Source of the DNA: the human T2T-CHM13v2.0 reference genome, Homo sapiens
Length of the DNA stretch: 64,000 nt
Strand: one strand, 5' to 3'
NCBI RefSeq assembly: GCF_009914755.1
Contig: NC_060933.1
Shown: one piece after another, positions 30,501-43,470 of the stretch
How positions within the stretch are numbered: position 1 is the stretch's first letter
Layout: the number at the start of each line of letters is the position of its first letter
The notes under the pieces: generated by a model
The model's input: only the letters and a program-made list of their open reading frames with translations
Database searches by the model: none
What the model was told of the DNA's origin: nothing
Translations under genes and position numbers: made by a program

Positions 30501-32385
30501 TTCCATTCCATTGCATTCCATTCCATTCCATTCAATTCCATTCCGTTCCATTCCATTCCATTACATTCGGATTGATTCTATTCAACTCCCTTACTCTCCA
30601 TTACATTCCATTCCATTCGGGTTGTTCCATTCCATTCCATTCCATTCCAGTCCATTCCATTGCACTCGGGTTGATTCCATTCCATTCCATTCCATTCCAT
30701 TCCATTCCGGAACATTCCATTCCATTGCATTCCATTCCATTCCATTCCCCTGCACTCGCGTTGATTCCATTCCATTCCATTCCATTCCATTCCATTCCAT
30801 TCCTTTCCGTTCCATTCCATTCCATTCCATTCCATTCCATTCCGTTCCGTTCCGTTCCGTTCCGTTCCATTCCATTCCATTCCATTCTATTCGGGTTAAT
30901 TCCATTCCATTCCATTCGACTGCAATCGAGTTGATTCCATTCCATTCCATTCCTTTCCATTCCATTCCATTCCATTCCTTTCCATTCCATTACGGATGAT
31001 TCCATTCCATTGCATTCCATTCCATTCCATTCCATTCCATTCTATTCGGGTTAATTCCATTCCATTCCATTCCATTCCATTCCAATCGAGTTGATTCCAT
31101 TCCATTCCATTCCATTCCATTCCACTCCATTCCAGTCCTTTCCATTCCATTCCACTCGGGTTGATTCCAATGTATTCCTTTCCATTCCATTCCATTCCAT
31201 TGCAATCGAATTGATTCCATTGCTTTGCATTCCATTCCATTCCATTCCATTCCGGATGATTCCATTCCATTGCATTCCATTCCATTCCATTCCCCTGCAC
31301 TCGGGTTGATTCCATTCCATTCAACTCCATTCCGTTCCATTCCATTCCATTCCATTCCATTGTATTCGGGTTAATTCCATTCCATTCCATTCCATTCCAT
31401 TCCATTCCATTCCATCACAATCGAGTTGGTTCCATTCCATTCCATTCCATTCCATTCCATTCCATTCCGGATGATTCCATTCCATTACATTCCGTTCCAT
31501 TACATTCCCCTGCACTCGGGTTGATTCCATTCCATTCCATTCCATTCCATTCGATTCCATTCCATTCCAATTATTTCCATTCCATTCTATTCCGTACCAT
31601 TCCATTCCATTCCATACCATTCCAGTCCATTCCATTCCATTCTATTCCATTCCATTGCAATCGAGTTGAATCCATTGCATTCCATTCTATTTCATTCCAT
31701 TCCATTCCGTTCCATTCCATTCCATTACATTCGGATTGATTCTATTCAACTCCCTTACTCTCCATTACATTCCATTCCATTCGGGTTGTTTCTTTCCATT
31801 CCATTCCATTCCACTTCATTCCATTGCACTCAGGTTGATTCCATTCCATTCCATTCCATTCCGGAAGATTCCATTCCATTGCATTCCATTACATTCCATT
31901 CCCCTGCACTCGCGTTGATTATATTCCATTCCATTCCATTCCATTCCATTCCATTCCTTTCCGTTCCATTCCATTCCATTCCGTTCCGTTCCGTTCCAAT
32001 CCATTCCATTCCATTCTATTCGGGTTAATTCCATTCCATTTCATTCGATTGCAATCGAGTTGATTCCATTCCATTCCATTCCATTCCATTCCATTCCATT
32101 CCATTCCATTCCATTACGGATGATTCCATTCCATTGCATTCCATTCCATTCCATTCCCCTGTATTCGGGTTGACTCCATTCCATTCCATTCCAATCCATG
32201 CCATTCCGCTCGTGTTGATTCAATTCTTTCCATTCCATTCAAGTTGAATCCATTCCATTGCATTCCATTCCATTCGATTCCATTCGATTGCACTCGGGTT
32301 GATTCCATTCCATTGCATTCCATTCCATTCCATTTCATTACATTCCATTCCTTTCCATTCCATTCCATTCAATTCAATTCCATTG

Positions 32386-32886
32386 CAATCGAGTTGATTC
32401 CATTCCATTCCTTTCCATTCCATTCCATTGCCTTGCATTCCACTCGGGTTGATTCCATTCCCTTCTTTCCACTCCATTACATTCCCTTCCATTTCACTCG
32501 CAATGATTGATTCCATTCCATTCCATTCCATTTCATTCCATTGCAATCCATTCCAATCCATTCCATTCCATTCCATTCCACTCGAGTTGATTTCATTCCA
32601 TTCCATTCCATTCCATTCCATTCCATTCCACTCGAGTTGATTCCATTCCATGCCATTCCATTGCATTCCATTCCATGCCATTCCACTCGCGTTGATTCCA
32701 TTCCATTCCATTCCATTCCATTCCAATCCATTGCATTCCATTCCATTCCATTCCCCTGCACTCTGGTTGATTCCATTCCATTCCATTCCATTTAATTCCA
32801 TTCCATTCCATTCCATTCCATTCCATTCCAATCCGTTCCATTCCATTCCATTCCATTCTATTGCAATCGACTTGATTCCATTCCAT
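32386..32886 (+). repeat. Atypical ~500-bp block, copy 2
   Basis: Same motifs as 24060-24560, with CTCGAG at 32581 and 32631. Confidence 0.85.
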
Positions 32887-33074
32887 TCCATTCCATTCCA
32901 TTCCATTCCATTCCATTCCATTTTGTTCCAATCCATTCTATTCCGAACCATTCCATTCCATTCCATTCCATTCCATTCCATTCCATTCCATGCCATTCCA
33001 CTCGGTTTGATTCCAATCCTTTCCATTCCATTCCATTCCATTCCATTACAATCGAGTTGATTCCATTCCATTCC

Positions 33075-34280
33075 ATTCTATTCCAGTCCTTTCCATTCCA
33101 TTCCACTCGGGTTGATTCCATTCTATTAGTTTCCATTCCATTCCATTCCCTTCCATTCCACTCTGGTTGATTCCATTCCTTTCCATTCCACTCGAATACA
33201 TTCCCTCCTATTACACTCGGAACGATTCCATTCCATTCCATTCCATTCCATTCCATTCCATTCCATTTCGTTCCATTCCATTCTATTCCGTATCATTCCA
33301 TTCCATTCCATTCCATTCCATTCCATTCCATTCCATTCCATTGTACTCGGGTTGATTCCATTCCATTGCAATCCATTCCATTCCATTCCATTCCATTCCA
33401 TTCCATTCCATTCCATTCCATTCCGTTCCATTCCATTACATTCGGATTGATTCTTTTGAACTCCCTTACTCTCCATTACATTCCATTCCATTCGGATTGT
33501 TCCATTCCATTCCATTCCATTCCACTCCATTCCATTGCACTCGGGTTGATTCCATTCCATTGCATTCCATTCCATTCCGGATGATTCCATTCCATTGCAT
33601 TCCGTTCCATTACATTCCCCTGCACTCGGGTTGATTCCATTCCATTCCATTCCATTGCATTCGATTCCATTCCATTCCCCTGCACTCGCGTTGATTCCAT
33701 TCCATTCCATTCCATTCCATTCCTTTCCATTCCAGTCCTTTCCATTCCATTCCACTCGGGTTGATTCCATTCTATTAGTTTCCATTCCATTCCATTCCCT
33801 TCCTTTCCACTCTGGTTGATTCCATTCCTTTCCATTCCACTCGAATACATTCCCTCCTATTCCACTCAGAACGACTCCATTCCATTCCATTCCATTCCAT
33901 TCCATTCCATTCCATTTCTTTCCATTCCATTCTATTCCGTATCATTCCATTCCATTCCATTCCATTCCATTCCATTCCATTCCATTCCATTGTACTCGGG
34001 TTGATTCCATTCCATTCCATTCCATTCCATTCCATTCCATTCCATTCCATTCCATTCCGTTCCATTCCATTACATTCGGATTGATTCTTTTCAACTCCCT
34101 TACTCTCCATTACATTCCATTCCATTCGGATTCTTCCATTCCATTCCATTCCATTCCACTCCATTCCATTGCACTCGGGTTGATTCCATTCCATTCCATT
34201 CCATTCCATTCCATTCCATTCCGGATGATTCCATTCCATTGCATTCCGTTCCGTTACATTCCCCTGCACTCGCGTTGATT
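33075..34280 (+). repeat. ~650-bp tandem duplication
   Basis: ORF pairs 33126/33775 and 33167/33816 are offset by 649. Both copies carry GATTCTTTT(G/C)AACTCCC and TTCGGATT(G/C)TTCC variants. Confidence 0.75.
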
Positions 34281-37200
34281 CCATTCCATTCCATTCCATT
34301 CCATTCAATTCCATTCCATTACAATTCGTTCCATTCCATTCTATTCCGTACCATTCCATTCCATTCCATACCATTCCATTCCATTCCATTCCATTCCATT
34401 CCGTTCCATTCCGTTCCATTCCATTCCATTCCATTCTATTCGGATTAATTCCATTCCATTGCATTCCATTCCATTCTATTCCATTCCATTGCAATCTATT
34501 TGAATCCATTGCATTTCATTCCATTCCATTCCATTCCATTCCATTCCATTCCGGAAGATTCCATTCCATTGCATTCCATTCCATTCCATTCCCCTGCAGT
34601 CGCATTGATTCCATTCCATTCCATTCCATTCCATTCCGTTCCGTTCCATTCCATTCCATTCCATTCCATTCCATTCCATTCCATTCCATTCCATTCCGTT
34701 CCATTCCATTCCATTCCATTCTATTCGGGTTAATTCCATTCCATTCCATTCGATTGCAATCGAGTTGATTCCATTCCATTCCATTCCATTCCATTCCATT
34801 CCATTCCATTCCTTTCCATTCCATTACGGATGATTCCATTGCATTGCATTCCATTCCATTCCATTCCCCTGTACTCGGGTTGATTCCATTCCATTCCATT
34901 CCAATCCATGCCATTCCACTCGTGTTGATTCCATTCTTTCCATTGCATTCAAGTTGAATCCATTCCATTGCATTCCATTCCATTCGATTCCATTCGATTG
35001 CACTCGGGTTCATTCCATTCCATTGCATTCCAATCGATTCCATTCCATTCCATTCCATTCCATTCCATTCCGTTCCATTCCATTCCATTACATTCGGATT
35101 GATTCTATTCAATTCCCTTACACTCCATTACATTCCATTCCATTCGGGTAGTTTCCATTCCATTCCATTCCATTCCTCTCCATTCCATTGCACTCGGGTT
35201 GATTCCATTCCATTGCATTCCATTCCATTCCATTCAATTCCATTCCGTTCCATTCCATTACATTACATTCGGATTGATTCTATTCAACTCCCTTACTCTC
35301 CATTACATTCCATTCCATTCGGGTTGTTCCATTCCATTGCATTCCATTCCACTCCATTCCATTGCACTCGGGTTGATTCCATTCCATTCCATTCCATTCC
35401 ATTCCGGATGATTCCATTCCATTGCGTTCCGTTCCATTACATTCCCCTGCACTCGGGTTGATTCCATTCCATTCCATTCTATTCCATTCGATTCCATTCC
35501 ATTCCCCTGCACTCGCGTTGATTCCATTCCATTCCATTCCATTCCATTCCATTCCATTCCATTCCTTTCCATTCCAGTCCTTTCCATTCCATTCCACTCA
35601 GGTTGATTCCATTCTATTAGTTTCCAATCCATTCCATTCCCTTCCATTCCACTCTGGTTGATTCCATTCCTTTCCATTCCACTCGAATACATTCCTTCCT
35701 ATTAGACTCGGAACGATTCCATTCCGTTCCATTCCATTCCATTCCATTCCATTCCATTTCGTTCCATTCCATTCTATTCCTTATCATTCCATTCCATTCC
35801 ATTCAATTCCATTCCATTCCACTCGTGTTGATTCCATTCCTTTCCATTCCATTCGGTTTGAAGGCATTCCATTCCATTCCATTCCATTCCATTCCATTCC
35901 ATTCCATTCCATTCCGTTTCATTGTACTCGGGTTGATTCCATTCCATTGCATTCCATTCCATTCCATTCCATTCCATTCCGTTGCATTCAATTCCATTTC
36001 ATTCGGATTGATTCTATTCAACTCCCTTACTCTCCATTACATTCCATTCCATTCGGGTTGTTCCATTCTTTTCCATTCCATTCCATTCCACTCCATTCCA
36101 TTGCACTCGGGTTGATTCCATTCCATTCCATTCCATTCCATTCCATTCCGGATGATTCCATTCCGTTGCATTCCGTTCCATTACATTCCCCTGCACTCGC
36201 GTTGATTCCATTCCATTCCATTCCATTCCAATCAATTCCATTCCATTACAATTCGTTCCATTCCATTCTATTCCGTACCATTCCATTCCATTCCATACCA
36301 TTCCATTCCATTCCATACCATTCCATTCAATTCCATTCCATTCCATTCCGTTCCATTCCGTTCCATTCCATTCCATTCCATTCTATTCGGGTTAATTCCA
36401 TTCCATTCCATTCCATTCCATTCCATTCCATTCTATTCCATTCCATTGCAATCGAGTTGAATCCATTGCATTTCATTCCATTCCATTCCATTCCATTCCA
36501 TTCCGGAAGATTCCATTCCATTGCATTCCATTCCATTCCATTCCCCTGCACTCGCGTTTATTCCATTCCATTCCATTCCATTCCATTCCATTCCGTTCCG
36601 TTCCGTTCCATTCCATTCCATTCCGTTCCGTTCCATTCCATTCCATTCCATTCTATTCGGGTTAATTCCATTCCATTCCATTCGATTGCAGTCGAGTTGA
36701 TTCCATTCCATTCCATTCCATTCCATTCCATTCCATTCCATTCCTTTCCATTCCATTACGGATGATTCCATTCCATTGCATTCCATTCCATTCCATTCCC
36801 CTGTACTCGGGTTGATTCCATTCCATTCCATTCCAATCCATGCCATTCCACTCGTGTTGATTCCATTCTTTCCATTCCATTCAAGTTGAATCCATTCCAT
36901 TGCATTCCATTCCATTCGATTCCATTCGATTGCACTCGGGTTGATTCCATTCCATTGCATTCCATTCCATTCCATTCCATTCCATTCCATTCCGTTCCTT
37001 TCCATTTCATTACATTCAGATTGATTCTATTCAATTCCCTTACACTCCATTATATTCCAATCCATTCTGGTTGTTTCCATTCCATTCCATTCCATTTCAC
37101 TCCATTCCATTGCACTCGGGTTGATTCCATTCCATTCCATTCCATTGCATTCCATTCCATTCCATTCCGGATGATTCCATTCCATTGCATTCCTTTCCAT

Positions 37201-39059
37201 TCCATTCCCCTGCACTCGTGTTGATTCCATTCCATTCCATTCCATTCCATTACATTCCGTTCCATTCCATTCCATTCCATTCGGATTGATTCTACTCAAT
37301 TCCCTGACACTCCATTACATTCCATTCCATTCGGGTAGTTTCCATTCCATTCCATTCCATTCCTCTCCATTCCATTGCTCTCGGGTTGATTCCATTCCAT
37401 TCCATTCCATTCCATTCCATTCCATTCCATGCCATTCCATTCCATTCCATTCCGTTCCATTGTACTCGGGTTGATTCCATTCCATTGCATTCCATTCCAT
37501 TCCATTCCATTCCATTTCATTCCATTCCATTCCATTCCGTTCCATTCCATTACATTCGGATTGATTCTATTCAACTCCCTAACTCTCCATTACATTCCAT
37601 TCCATTCGCGTTGTTCCATTCCATTCCGTTCCATTCCACTCCATTCCATTGCACTCGGGTTGATTCCATTCCATTCCATTCCATTCAATTCCATTCCATT
37701 CCATTCCGGATGATTCCATTCCATTGCATTCCGTTCCATTACATTCCCCTGCACTCGGGTTGATTCCATTCCATTCCACTCCATTGCATTCGATTCCATT
37801 CCATTCCAATTCTTTCCATTCTATTCTATTCCGTAACATTCCATTCCATTCCATACAATTCCATTCCATTCCATTCCACTCCGTTCCGTTCCGTTCCGTT
37901 CCGTTCCATTCCATTCCATTCCATTCTATTCGGTTTAATTCCATTCCATTGCATTCCATTCCATTCTATTCCATTCCATTGCAATCGAGTTGAATCCATT
38001 GCATTCCATTCCATTCCATTCCATTCCATTCCATTCCGGAAGATTCCATTCCATTGCATTCCATTCCATTCCATTCCATTCCATTGTACTCGGGTTGATT
38101 CCATTCCATTGCATTCCATTCCATTCCATTCCATTCCGTTCCATTCCATTCCATTGCATTAGGATTGATTCTTTTCAACTCCCTTACTCTCCATTACATT
38201 CCATTCCATTCGGGTTGATTCCATTCCATTCCATTCCATTCCATTCCGGATGATTCCATTCCATTGCATTCCGTTCCATTACATTCCCCTGCACTCGGGT
38301 TTATTCCATTCCATTCCATTCCATTCCATTCGATTCCATTCCATTCTCCTGCACTCGCGTTGATTCCATTCCATTCCATTCCATTCCATTCCATTCCATT
38401 CCATTCCATTTCGTTGCATTCCATTCTATTCCGTATCATTCCATTCCATTCCATTCCATTCCATTCCATTCCATTCCATTCCATTCCATTCCACTCGTGT
38501 TGATTCCATTCCTTTCCATTCCATTCGATTTGAAGGCATTCCATTCTATTCCATTCCATTCCATTCCATTCCATTCCATTCCATTGTACTCGGGATGATT
38601 CCATTCCATTGCATTCCATTCCATTCCATTCCATTCCTTTCCATTCCGTTGCATTCCATTCCATTACATTCGGATTGATTCTATTCATCTCCCTTACTCT
38701 CCATTACATTCCATTCCATTCGGGTTGTTCCATTCCATTCCATTCCATTCCACTCCATTCCATTGCACTCGGGTTGATTCCATTCCATTCCATTCCATTC
38801 CATTCGATGTCATTCCATTCCAATTCTTTCCATTCCATTCTATTTCGTACCATGCCATTCCATTCCATACAATTCCATTCCATTCCATTCCACTCCGTTC
38901 CGTTCCGTTCCGTTCCGTTCCATTCCATTCCATTCCATTCTATTCGGGTTAATTCCATTCCATTCCATTCGATTGCAATCGAGTTGATTCCATTCCATTC
39001 AATTCCATTCCATTCCATTCCATTCCATTCCATTCCATTCCATTCCATTCCATTCCATT

Positions 39060-42000
39060 GTACTCGGGTTGATTCAATTCCATTGCATTCCATTCCATTC
39101 CATTCCATTCCATTCCGTTGCATTCCATTCCATTACATTCGGATTGATTCTATTCAACTCCCTTACTCTCCATTACATTCCATTCCATTCTGGTTGTTCC
39201 AGTCCATTCCATTCCATTCCACTCCATTCCATTGCACTCGGGTTGATTCCATTCCATTCCATTCCATTCCATTCCATTCCGGATGATTCCATTCCATTGC
39301 ATTCCTTTCCATTACATTCCCCTGGACTCGCGTTGATTCCATTCCATTCCATTCCATTCCATTGCATTACAATTCGTTCCATTCCATTCTATTCCGTACC
39401 ATTCCATTCCATTCCATACAATTCCATTCCATTCCATTCCATTCCATTCCGTTCCATTGCATTCCATTCCATTCTATTCGGATTAATTCCATTCCATTCC
39501 ATTCCATTCCATTCTATTCCATTCCATTGCAATCGAGTTGAATCCATTGCATTTCATTCCATTCCATTCCATTTCATTCCATTCCGGAAGATTCCATTCC
39601 ATTGCATTCCATTCCATTCCATTCCCCTGCACTCGCGTTGATTCCATTCCATTCCATTCCATTCCATTCCGTTCCGTTCCATTCCATTCCATTCCATTCT
39701 ATTCGGGTTAATTCCATTCCATTCCATTCGATTGCAATCGAGTTGATTCCATTCCATTCCATTCCATTCCATTCCATTCCATTCCATTCCATTCCTTTCA
39801 ATTCCATTACGGTTGATTCCATTCCATTGCATTCCATTCCATTCCATTCCCCTGTACTCGGGTTGATTCCATTCCATTCCATTCCAATCCATGCCATTCC
39901 ACTCCTGTTGATTCCATTCTTTCCATTCCATTCAAGTTGAATCCATTCCATTGCATTCCATTCCATTCGATTCCATTTGATTGCACTCGGGTTGATTCCA
40001 TTCTATTGCATTCCATTCCATTCCATTCCGTTCCATTCCGTTCCATTCCATTCCATTACATTCGGATTGATTCTATTCAATTCCCTTACACTCCATTACA
40101 TTCCATTCGGGTAGTTTCCATTGCATTCCATTCCATTCCTCTCCATTCCATTGCACTCGGGTTGATTCCATTCCATTGCATTCCATTCCATTCCATTCAA
40201 TTCCATTCCGTTCCATTCCATTCCATTACATTCGAATTGATTCTATTCAACTCCCTTACTCTCCATTACATTCCATTCCAGTCGGGTTGTTCCATTCCAT
40301 TCCATTCCACTCCATTCCATTGCACTCGGGTTGATTCCATTCAATTCCATTCCATTCCATTCCATTCCATTCCATTCCATTCCATTCCATTCCGGAAGAT
40401 TCCATTCCATTGCATTCCATTCCATTCCATTCCCCTGCACTCGCGTTGATTCCATTCCATTCCATTCTATTCCATTCCATTCCCTTCCTTTCCGTTCCAT
40501 TCCATTCCATTCCATTCCATTCCATTCCGTTCCGTTCCATTCCATTCCATTCCAGTCTATTCGGGTTAATTGCATTCCATTCCATTCGATTGCAATCGAG
40601 TTGATTCCATTCCATTCCATTCCATTCCATTCCTTTCCATTCCATTACGGATGATTCCATTCCATTGCATTCCATTCCATTCCATTCCCCTGTACTCGGG
40701 TTGATTCCATTCCATTCCATTCCAATCCATGCCATTCCACTCGTGTTGATTCCATTCTTTCCATTCCATTCAAGTTGAATCCATTCCATTGCATTCCATT
40801 CCATTCGATTCCATTCGATTGCACTCGGGTTGATTCCATTCCATTGCATTCCATTCCATTCCATTCCATTCCATTCCATTCCGTTCCATTTCATTCCAAA
40901 CATTCGGATTGATTCTATTCAATTCCCTTACACTCCATTACATTCCATTCCATTCGGGTAGTTTCCATTCCATTCCATTCCATTCCTCTCCATTCCATTG
41001 CACTCGGGTTGATTCCATTCCATTGCATTCCATTCCATTCCATTCAATTCCATTCCGTTGCATTCCATTCCATTACATTCAGATTGATTCTATTCAACTC
41101 CCTTACTCTGCATTACATTCCATTCCATTCAAGTTGAATCCATTCCATTGCATTCCATTCCATTCCATTCCCCTGCAGTCGGGTTGATTCAATTCCATTC
41201 CATTCCATTCCATTCCATTCCATTCCATTCCATTCCATTCCAATCAAGTTGATTCCATTCCATTCCATTCCATTCCATTCCATTCCATTCCACTCCATTC
41301 CAGTCCTTTCCATTCCATTCCACTCGGGTTGATTCCAATGTATTCCTTTCCATTCCATTCCATTCCATTGCAATCGAGTTGATTCCATTGCTTTGCATTC
41401 CATTCCATTCCATTCCATTCCGGATGATTCCATTCCATTGCATTCCATTCCATTCCATTCCCCTGCACTCGGGTTGATTCCATTCCATTCCATTCCATTC
41501 CATTCCATTCCATTCCATTCCATTCCATTTCGTTCCATTCCATTCTATTCCGTATCATTCCATTCCATTCCATTCCATTCCATTCCATTCCATTGTACTC
41601 GTGTTGATTCAATTCCATTGCATTCCATTCCATTCCATTCCATTCCATTCCGTTGCATTCCATTCCATTACTTTCGGATTGATTCTATTCAACTCCCTTA
41701 CTCTCCATTACATTCCATTCCATTCTGGTTGTTCCATTCCATTCCATTCCATTCCATTGCACTCGGGTTGATTCCATTCCATTCCATTCTATTCCAATCC
41801 ATTCCGGATGATTCCATTCCATTGCATTCCTTTCCATTACATTCCCCTGCACTCGCGTTGATTCCATTCCATTCCATTCCATACCATTCCATTCAATTCC
41901 ATTCCATTACAATTCGTTCCATTCCATTCTATTCCGTACCATTCCATTCCATTCCATACAATTCCATTCTATTCCATTCCATTCCATTCCGTTACATTCC

Positions 42001-43470
42001 GTTCCATTGCATTCCATTCCATTCTATTCGGATTAATTCCATTCTATTCCATTCCATTCTATTCCATTCCATTGCAATCGAGTTGAATCCATTACATTTC
42101 ATTCCATTCCATTCCATTCCATTCTGGAAGATTCCATTCCATTGCATTCCATTCCATTACATTCCCCTGCACTCGCGTGGATTCCATTCCATTCCATTCC
42201 ATTCCATTCCGTTCCGTTGCATTCCATTCCATTCCATTCCATTCCATTCCGTTCCGTTCCATTCCATTCCATTCCATTCTATTCGGGTTAATTCCATTCC
42301 ATTCCATTCGATTGCAATCGAGTTGATTCCATTCCATTCCATTCCATTCCATTCCATTCCATTCCATTCCTTTCCATTCCATTAGGGTTTATTCCATTCC
42401 ATTGCATTCCATTCCATTCCATTCCCATGTACTCGGGTTGATTCCATTCCATTCCATTCCAATCCATGCCATTCCACTCGTGTTGATTCCATTCTTTCCA
42501 TTCCATTCAAGTTGAATCCATTCCATTGCATTCCATTCCATTCGATTCCATTTGATTGCACTCAGGTTGATTCCATTCCATTGCATTCCATTCCATTCCA
42601 TTCCATTCCATTCCATTCCATTCCGTTCCATTCCATTCCATTACATTCGGATTGATTCTATTCAATTCCCTTACACTCCATTACATTCCATTCGGGTAGT
42701 TTCCATTGCATTCCATTCCATTCCTCTCCATTCCATTGCACTCGGGTTGATTCCATTCCATTGCATTCCATTCCATTCCATTCAATTCCATTCCGTTCCA
42801 TTCCATTCCATTACATTCGGATTGATTCTATTCAACTCCCTTACTCTCCATTACATTCCATTCCATTCGGGTTGTTCCATTCCATTCCATTCCATTCCAC
42901 TCCATTCCATTGCAATCGGGTTGATTCCATTCCATTCCATTCCATTCCATTCCATTCCGGAAGATTCCATTCCATTGCATTCCATTCCATGCCATTCCCC
43001 TGCACTCGCGTTTATTCCATTCCATTCCATTCTATTCCATTCCATTCCCTTCCTTTCCGTTCCTTTCCATTCCATTCCATTCCATTCCATTCCGTTCCGT
43101 TCCATTCCATTCCATTCCATTCTATTCGGGTTAATTCCATTCCATTCCATTCGATTGCAATCGAGTTGATTCCATTCCATTCCATTCCATTCCATTCCAT
43201 TCCATTCCATTCCTTTCCATTCCATTACGGATGATTCCATTCCATTGCATTCCATTCCATTCCATTCCCCTGTACTCGGGTTGATTCCATTCCATTCCAT
43301 TCCAATCCATGCCATTCCACTCGTGTTGATTCAATTCTTTCCATTCCATTGAAGTTGAATCCATTCCATTGCATTCCATTTCATTCGATTCCATTCGATT
43401 GCACTCGGGTTGATTCCATTCCATTGCATTCCATTCCATTCCATTCCATTCCATTCCATTCCGTTCCATT
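39060..43470 (+). repeat. Older ~2.55-kb duplication (~39060-40900 vs ~41590-43470)
   Basis: Shared uncommon variants in the same order: CATTCTGGTTGTTCC (39186/41721), GCATTCCTTTCCATTACATT (39299/41824), CCATTTGATTGCAC (39973/42548), and the shortened TTACATTCCATTCGGGTAGTTTCCATTGC (~40096/42681). ORF offsets are 2565-2585. Confidence 0.75.
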
